57,346 bases of DNA from Neodothiora populina (Eukaryota), in the NCBI RefSeq assembly GCF_041146345.1, contig NW_027191415.1, forward strand, positions 1,364,001 through 1,421,346, given 5' to 3'. A program made the position numbers and the translations under genes. Each line of letters starts with the position of its first letter. Within the stretch, counting starts at the first letter, position 1. Shown here piece after piece: positions 49,485 to 57,346 of the stretch. A model generated the notes under the pieces. It worked only from the letters and a program-made list of their open reading frames with translations, ran no database searches and was not told where the DNA came from.

Positions 49485-50878
49485 TCGACCATACTGTGCG
49501 CATTGTTCTCCACGGGAGCTTCTGCACGCCCGATATGCTGGGAGTATTCGTTGAGGGTAAGGTCCACGTCGTGACTTGTAATCGACTGCTTATCAGCTAA
49601 GAGTTTCACTCTCTCGGTGCATATTTTATACTGTTCATCTGCCATGATGATGTTCAATTGGATCGCGCGGTTCTTTATTGCATTCCATCCTGTTAGCCGT
49701 GAAGCAAATTGGACATTTCTGGAGATACCAAAGTCGGCAGGATTGATCGATTCGTAAGTTTAAGGGTTGTTCAAAACAGCCTTTGCGTGAATACCGGCCT
49801 TATGATTGAATGCGCAGAAACCGGTGATGTAGTTGTTGAATGGTAGATTCAGCCCGAAAGCCTCCGTTACCATTAATTCCAAGTCCAGGAGCCCTTTTGC
49901 TTCGTATCTCGAGAGGACGTATTGACGATCTGTGACAATCATGCGTGCAAGGAAACCACCCAGCGGGACGACACCATTGCGTTGACCAAGACCAAGGACG
50001 GATGTCTCGATATGCATGACACCTGCTTCGACTGCGCAGAAGGCGTTCGCAATAGAGCAACCTGTATCATTCTGGAAGCCAGCTTAGAACTCACATCCGA
50101 CGACCCTATTCATCGTCCTGACTAGATCAAAAACCTGTCATGGATGAGCATCTCCTGTCGGATCGCCGATGACAACTCTATGCACGTCCTCCAAGTGGAG
50201 ATCGTTGCACAATGTTAAGAAGTTGGCCGGTTTCATTTGGAAGGCATCCTGGATTGACACAGACTTCAACCGCCATAAACCTGGCAAAGTTCAGAATTCC
50301 GATATATGTATCTTTCCACAATCCGGAACAAGGCGCCCATACTTGGTCTGGTATTCTTATTTGCCTGGAATTCATGAAATTGGTGACCATGACAGCAGCT
50401 CCGTTGGTTCACTTACAGTCCTTGCACGCCTAACTGTACAGCTAGTCGTGCCTCGTCAAGATCACATTCGACCTCTGCGGTGACCTTGTTACGTCATGTG
50501 AGTAAGTGACAACATTTGGTTTGACTTTTCAGCGACCACCTTCGACTTCTTGAGACGCATCTGACATATCTCGGCACACTGATTCTTCATATCCTCAGAG
50601 ATCGCGGGGCTTTAGAGTAGAATCTGTAGACTCACAATGGGTATGAGAAGATTCCAAGTAAGTGATTGTATAGGTCGGTGGGTACTTACATAGTCCACTC
50701 CAAAGCCATCGAGAGCTTGTACCAGCTTCTGCTCGAATTCCCTTCCGCAGAATGTGTTTGACAAGAAGCCGCCGTTGTAGAGAGTCGTGTCGACTATCTT
50801 TTAGTCACTGGGATGGCTGCCATTTCGACTTTTATCTCGTAGATCTCCATGTGGTCTGACAATATCTCTCGACTGCAT
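49481..50878 (-). pseudogene. Homocitrate-synthase-like (Lys20/21/Lys4 family) pseudogene
   Basis: [53 protein letters not shown] and ASRLTGWNAIK. Three introns are recognisable. In-frame stops at 50801, 50612, 50138, 50084 and 49760, plus a frameshift near 50255. Confidence 0.88.
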
Positions 50879-51431
50879 TGCTCCTTTGCGACGGGACAAG
50901 CAACTTTATCTACTCCAAGCGTATGAAATTAACCCTGACTGGGAGCAAAAAGAGGTCAAGCTACAGCGTGTGTAGTCACTTGGGTGGCTTAGAGCTGATC
51001 ACAATTTGGACCTGAGAACGGTACTTCATGATGAATATCATGAACTGTGGTGTCGGCATTGATGCTTATCAAGTTTCGTACGTTTAGGCTGAGAAGTCCG
51101 ACTGACGTAGGTTGATGTTGTAGTAAGTCATCAACCTTATCTTATCTAATCTTCGATTTTCGCGTGATTCCAATGTTAGGCGTCTCCGATTGGATGTATG
51201 TTCGGAGATGAGAGCTGATTAGATCGGACATCTTCGGGCTTTTGATACATGCTCGGCTTTGACTGCATACGTCCAGATATAAGTATCTGGCCCATATGAT
51301 ATCTATGTCCGAAAAGGAACTTCATCTGATACCCGCGCAGCCGACACAGACAGCAAAATTCGATTTGCTTGTTGAAACTTGACATTTTTGTCTCACGAAT
51401 AAGATGAAAACAGTGTACGTACTGACACTAC

Positions 51432-53462
51432 ATGAAGCCAGAAGCAAGACCTGAACTTGTTTACAGAGTCATTGCGGAAAATCGTGACGATTCTACGATT
51501 GAGGAGGAAGCTGAGAATCTTCAAGAAAGTAAAATTGAGAAGCAGACGAAAGTCAGCCCAAAACGAGAACATGAGTATCACAAAGACTGTGATGACCAAG
51601 ATGAGTCTGGACTTCGCCGAGTCCCAGGCAGGATACCAGCTGCTGTGTGGCTGGTTTCCCTTGCATCAATGTGTGAGCGATTCGCATACTATGCATTTCT
51701 TGGACCTTTACGTAAGAAGTCGTCATTTGTCGAACTTCTCAACATTACCTAAAGCTGACGGTCTGAAGAAAACTACGTGCAGAACCGCCGCGGGGATCCC
51801 GTTAGACCTGGAGCGCTCGGGTTGGGAGAATCTAAAGCATCAATGCTTGTTACAATATTCCTGCTTATCAGCTATGTGACGCCTACCTTAGCAGCCGTGG
51901 TCTCCGATAACTACCTGGGTAAATTCCGTACCATATCAATCTCACTGGTGTAAGCAATTCTCTTGATAGACATGGCTCCATCATTACAATTGTCAACGTT
52001 GGACTGACTTCAACATAGGCTGTACATCGTGGGGATTGTGGTTCTTCTTATAACGTCTATTCCGAGTCTACTTGCACGTGGCTCTGGCATACCTGGATTT
52101 GTGATATCAATATTGATTGTTAGCATGGGTACATCTGGGGTAAAAGCAGCCTTACCACCATTTCTCGGTAAGTACCTCCATTCGCAGGCTAAAATAAATA
52201 CTCAACTCTATTCCCAGCTGAGCAGTGTGGAGCTGGCAAGAACGAAATCAAGACTACAAAGAAAGGAGAACGCTATGTTGTTGACTCTGACGCAACTCGG
52301 GAATACGCATTCAACATATACTATTGGTACAGCGAGCCCCATATGACAGTCGGGAATCTTTGAACTGAACATGTAACACAGGTGTGTTAATATTGGAGCC
52401 CAATCGCGAATCCCAGCAACTTTCATTGAGAAGAGTGTCGGATTTTGGTTGACATTTCTCATGTCTGCGGTATCCTTAGTCCTGTCCTTGTTGGTGTTCG
52501 TAGGCGGGAAAAGTATGTACTGTAAGTTCACTACGTTCATAAAACTCTTCTCAGCATAGTAATTTCGATCAGTGAAAGAGGAACGGCAGCCAAGCATGTT
52601 GCCAAAGGCACGTCAGGCGTTCACTATTGCCGCGAGGCACGGCTTCAAGATGGATGCAGCCATACCTGCAAACACGCTCGAGCGTGATCATAAAACGGTA
52701 CCTTGGAATAATGGCTTTATTGAGGAGTTGAAGATTGGCCTAGTTGCATGCCGTGCTTTGTACGATCCAATACTAGACATAGCATTTTGTATCTACTAAC
52801 TCTTCTTTAGCATTCCCTTCTCGATTTTCATTCTATGCCAGAATCAGATGTCAACAAATACAGTCTCTCAGGCAGGAGAGATGAGAACACATGGTGTGCC
52901 TAACGACCTGTTGCCGAATGTCAACTCCATCACTGTTATCATCTTGATGCCGATCATAACCCATGTCTTATATCCGCTGCTCCGCCGGTGGAACATCGCT
53001 TTCCCTCCGATCACGCGTATCGCAGTAGGCTTTGCATTCGAGTCTCTAGGTATGGGATACGCTGCAGGCATCCAAGGCTGGATATACAGTTCTGGGCCAT
53101 GTTACACACACCCCCTAGCCTGTCCCGCATCGAAGAACGGAACGATAGCGAACAACGTCCACATCGCAACGCAGATTCCTGTCTACGTTCTTGAAGGGCT
53201 AAGCGAATCCTTCGCGTTTCCAGCTAGCTACGAGTATGCGTATACCAAGGCTCCGAAAAGCATGAAATCAGTTCTGCAGTCAGTCCTTTCGCTCTCTTTT
53301 GCTGCCGCAGCGATTATAGGACTTGCCTTGAGTCCAACCTATCACGACCCGTATCTTCTTGCAATGTACGCTAGCTTAGCAGGAGTCATGCTGCTCACAA
53401 CACTGATCTTTATTGCTGTGTTCTGGAAATATAATAAATTGGAAGCAGGAATTAGACATTGA
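51432..53462 (+). CDS. POT/PTR-family di/tripeptide transporter; join(51432..51711,51769..51949,52019..52167,52218..52326,52382..52521,52573..52759,52811..53462), 565 aa
   Basis: CERFAYY, QNYVQN, PGALGLG, D.YLGKFRTI, YWCVNIG, SQAG.M..HGVPND and EYAYTKAP.SMKS. Six canonical introns; frame intact. Confidence 0.92.
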
Positions 53463-54151
53463 GTTGGGGGACCGCATAGAGAGTTTGGAACAGGAAGAAT
53501 AGAGAACGTTTGATTTATAGGAGTCTAAACACATTCTGAATGCGGATCAATAGCAAAGTGGAAACAGACCGAACGAGAGTGACATCCTCCAATGGTCACT
53601 TATGATAGGCAGAGTCAATCCATATAATGTAGGGCTAAGCTAGCGGCTGAATCGTCATTATGTACGGAGTACGGAGTATATGATTTCCCCAAGAATCGAC
53701 CCCGGCTCCAAGTGGCCTGGACCAACGTCATTTGAGGGATACTACTCAGGCGATTGATCGCGTATATCCAAAAGCACTGCTTCTCAATTATGCTTCCTAC
53801 GGCTAGGTCCAGTATGCCGCCTTCACACTCTTCAAACAGGTTGGACGTTTTGATGTTGCTGCATCTTTTGGTTTCTAGAACCATGTCGGAGAAGCAAGAG
53901 CCAGCTTCTTCACCAGTGTAGTCCGTGGACTCTAGCGAGCAAGAGCTCCAAGCCGCCAGGAACCCAATTGCGTAAAGTGTGTACAGAGTTTGGCTTGTCC
54001 AAGGCCTCTATTCCTGGGCAAGAGCAGCATTCTACGGCCTGAGCCAAAAATTCCGTGTATCTCCACCGATTCACCCTCGAATATGGCATCAAGCTGATTG
54101 ATACTATATTGAAATTATTTCATCTGGTATGTGTACATCTACCGGTGATAC

Positions 54152-54446
54152 CTAAGTAGATACTGGTTGGTTATTAAGAACCCAATTTACTCCATCGACA
54201 ACGATCTCCGGTTGCGTTAATTGGACAAAGTGTCCGCTCTCGGTGGCAAAGACAAGCTCGCTCTTAGTAGAGAGCTCCAGAAACCTCTTCATAAGCCCAG
54301 CGTTCTTCTCATCGATATCCGCGATCAAATCTCTTACATAGCTCCTTTCCTCCTCGGTCCTATTGCCCATAGCAATCCCCGCCCTATACAAGCCACTCCA
54401 ATCTCTACTCCGCATGCCGCCAATCACAAAAACCGGGCTACCCAGT
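54152..54446 (-). pseudogene. 3' remnant of an alpha/beta-hydrolase gene truncated by LINE-B
   Basis: LGSPVFVIGG...LELSTKSELVFATESGHFVQLTQPEIVVDGVNWVL contains the catalytic-His motif (SGH.VQ...PE). Upstream sequence is replaced by the LINE tail. Confidence 0.75.
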
Positions 54447-55250
54447 ATTGATTGATTGATTGATTGATTAGTCTATCAAGCTATTCACGGTCTTATCGTC
54501 CGTATGAGCTGTCCAATGTCGTTCCCTCGTTTTCTTGTCTGTTGCTTAGCCTCACAGATAATAAAAGAAGAACCCTAACGCCCCTTGTTCCTTAATCGCT
54601 ACCCTCCTGTTGCTGTGGAGGGATAGCTGCTATCCTGGTTGTCTATTAAAGAAACCGGACCGTCGCTTTCACTATTTTCAAATTCGGTCTCTACTACTCA
54701 AGCGGGCTATCTACTAGCTAATCTGTGTGCATTTCTCTTTTCTTACTGTACCCTTTTAGTAAAAAGGACAAGTTACTTTATCTGTTCCCTACTATCTGCT
54801 TAAGTTCTGCTTGTATGCTTATTTAACGCTAGCACTAGAGAAGCACGTAAGCTACTGTCTTATCTTCCTGCCTGCATTTGCATTTACTACTTTCCTCGAC
54901 TTTAATCTTTACTAAATAGGATCGGAGATGAGTATAGTTCGTTCTTACTTGTACGAGAATACCCGCTTGCTCGGAGTTTAGCGCTCCGTAAAGCTTAAGC
55001 GTGTGCTTGCTTAAGAGAGCTGCATCTAGCTTCTATGTGTATTGACCCCATCTGTTTGTTCTTAGTGTCTAGGCTTCTAAACGCCTTTGTTCTACAAGGT
55101 CCTTAACGAGGAGTGTTTAGACTACCCCGCTCTTCCTAATTCGGACGTTAGAGTTTCTAAATAGTTTCGTGCCTGTCTCTGTAGTAGTCTAGGCAGCCTA
55201 GTGAGCACATTCGTTTCCTGCATTTCCTGTATGTGCTGGTACCTACCCAC
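54447..55250 (-). mobile_element. LINE-B 3' fragment (RNase H end WVPAH.GN.GNE to the (AATC)n tail), RIP-mutated
   Basis: Colinear with 35067-35817 and 55253-56050. Differences checked in the 3' region are C>T/G>A. Confidence 0.9.
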
Positions 55251-55252
55251 AA

Positions 55253-57242
55253 TGATTGATTGATTGATTGATTGATTAGTCTATCAAGCTATTCACGGTC
55301 TTATCGTCCGTATGAGCTGTTTAATGTTGTTCCCTCGTTTTCTTGTCTGTTGCTTAGCCTCACAAATAATAAAAGAAGAACCCTAACGCCCCTTATTCCT
55401 TAATCGCCACCCTCCTGTTGCTATGAAGGGATAGCTGCCATCCTGGTTATCTGTTAAAGAAACCGGACTGTCGCTTTCACTATTTTTAAATTCGGTCTCT
55501 ACTACTTAAGCGGGCTATCTACTAGCTAATCTGTGTGCATTTCTCTTTTCTTACTATACCCTCCTAGTAGAAAGGACAAGTTACTTTATCTGTTCCCTGC
55601 TATCTGCTTAAGTTCTGCTTGTATACTTATTTAGCGCTAGCATTAGAGAAGCACGTAAGCTACTATCTTGTCTTCCTGCTTGCATTTGCATTTACTACTT
55701 TCCTCGACTTTAATCTTTACTAAATAGGATCGGAGATGAGTATAGTTCGTTCTTGCTTGTACGAGAATACCCGCTTGCTCGGAGTTTAGCGCTCCGTAGA
55801 GCTTAAGCGTATACTTGCCTAAAAGAGCTGCATCTAGCCTTTATATATATTAACCCCATCTGTTCGTTCTTAGTGTCTAGGCTTCTAGACGCCTTTGTTC
55901 TATAAGGTCCTTAACGAGGAGTGTTTAGACTACCCCGCTCTCCCTAATTCGGATGTTAGAGTTCCTAAATAGTTTCGTGCCTGTCTCTGTAGTAGTCTAA
56001 GCAGCCTGATAAGCACATTCGTTTCCTGCATTTCCTGTATGTGCTAATACTTAAACAAAGGTCACGTTAAGTCTACTCCGTTCGGCGTCTCGAAGCGTTT
56101 GGAGGGTGCCTTAAAGTGCTTCCCTGCCTTGCTTAGTACTGTTGCCCTTCACTATAGCTTAAAGTGCCTCTTGGCTGTCTATGGCAATCACATGCTTATA
56201 GTTCGGACCGTGTAAGGTGAGGATATGATTTAACGCCATCTTTATCGCTTGTAGCTCCGCAGATAGGACCGAGCATGTCTTAGCTCATCTAATAGTCGCC
56301 TTGTCTACAACTCGTGGTGTAGACGAACCGACCTTTCTTACTACTGCACACCCGCTTACCCTATTCTGCACGGAAGCGTCGGTATATAAAACCACAGGCC
56401 CGTAGTTCTGTGCTGTACGTAGCTGTCTCCTTGCTTCATTTATATCTGCAATGTACTAAGTGGACCAGTCTTACCATAGAGGTGCTATCTACGGCTGTAG
56501 TAGTATTCGTGTCGGGCCGTTCTTTAAAGTATATCTCACCTTATGCTGCCGCTAAGTCCCATGTAGTAAAGACTACCACGTTTCTCCTTTAAATTTAATG
56601 TAACGGATACTTAACCACGCTAAATTGTCCTCCTCTGCTATAAAGATGGTCTGCAGGTGTTTAGCTACCTTCCTTGCCAGTCTGTCTGTTACTAGTTTAA
56701 GGGAGGCTTCTACCTCGAGGACTGCTGCTGATACTCGTTTAAAGGACCTTATTATAAGTTGGGCTTTTAGCTTCTAAACTCGCTATAGTTTATTAATGTG
56801 TCGTTCTATTCCCCACTTGCCTCTGCTGAACTAGGAGGACGCTGCGTAGTCCGTAGTAGGTATGATTACCGAGCAATACAGCTGCCGCATCTAGTTTAGG
56901 CGCATACCCTTTAGTCTCGCTAGCGCTAGACACTTGACTGTGGCTGCTGTCGCTACTTTCTCGATATGGCTGTCCATTTGGAGCTTTCTGTTTAAGGTGA
57001 CCCTAAGGATCTTTATTTGGTCTTGGTCATGGATCTCTGTCTTGTTGAAATGTCCTTCGGTACCCTCCGTTCGATTAGCCTTCTGTAGAGTACCTCTGTG
57101 TGAACTCCGTTAAAGGCCCCTTGCACATTAAAGGTGACCATTAACAAGACTCTCTAGCCGCGCCATGCTTCGTAAATGCGTTTAATAAACACGTCGACCG
57201 CCTGTTCGCTTGACCTCATCGGCCGGCCCCCTATATGGCTCA
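55253..57242 (-). mobile_element. LINE-B copy (partial RT, RNase H, 3' UTR, tail), internally deleted and cut by the telomere
   Basis: From the telomere: SHIGGRPMRSSEQA...VTFNVQGAFNGV...RRVP, then a jump to IKIL(G)V...MRQLY.SV..PTTDYAAS. RNase H FYTDASV. Tail at 55253-55277. Confidence 0.9.
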
Positions 57243-57346
57243 TTAGGGTTAGGGTTAGGGTTAGGGTTAGGGTTAGGGTTAGGGTTAGGGTTAGGGTTAG
57301 GGTTAGGGTTAGGGTTAGGGTTAGGGTTAGGGTTAGGGTTAGGGTT
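57243..57346 (+). repeat. Telomere (TTAGGG)n, 17 perfect units to the end of the sequence
   Basis: Read directly. The G-rich strand runs 5'->3' toward the end, as expected for a right chromosome end. Confidence 0.99.

Noticed and set aside
54447..57346. Drosophila HeT-A/TART-like retrotransposon telomere maintenance, or MoTeR-like elements
   Set aside because: A canonical TTAGGG tract caps the end, no telomere repeats lie between the LINE copies, and the copies are RIP-inactivated RNase H-bearing Tad1-like elements.

Overview
The window is the terminal 57 kb of a filamentous ascomycete (Pezizomycotina-type) chromosome. Short GT-AG introns with CTRAC branch sites, RIP-type mutated repeats and a (TTAGGG)17 telomere at the right end support this. 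From left to right: (i) 1-6.4 kb is a compact, GC-rich, intron-free housekeeping block (LisH/Sif2-like 5' part, TMEM115/DUF1751, MRPL33, SEC6). (ii) 9-29.5 kb holds secreted or surface genes: an alpha/beta-hydrolase-WSC protein, acyltransferase-3, a Cys-repeat/But2 protein, a TF-like protein, and a bilirubin-oxidase-type multicopper oxidase divergently paired with a secreted PKD-domain protein across a promoter dense in PacC sites. (iii) 30-41.4 kb is a transposon-rich block: LINE relics, a six-exon small secreted Cys-rich gene missed by the ORF track, two inverted solo LTRs around a DUF3505/TLH-like fragment, and a full-length Tad1-like LINE nested in the tail of a second LINE family. (iv) 42.8-54.4 kb is a putative NRPS-independent peptide cluster: ATP-grasp ligase, Zn2Cys6 regulator, a homocitrate-synthase-like pseudogene with all barrel active-site residues replaced, a POT/PTR transporter and a beheaded hydrolase. 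(v) Two tandem RIP-mutated LINE copies follow, with the telomere added directly inside RT coding sequence. All family assignments come from manual motif recognition and hand-spliced gene models; no database search was run.
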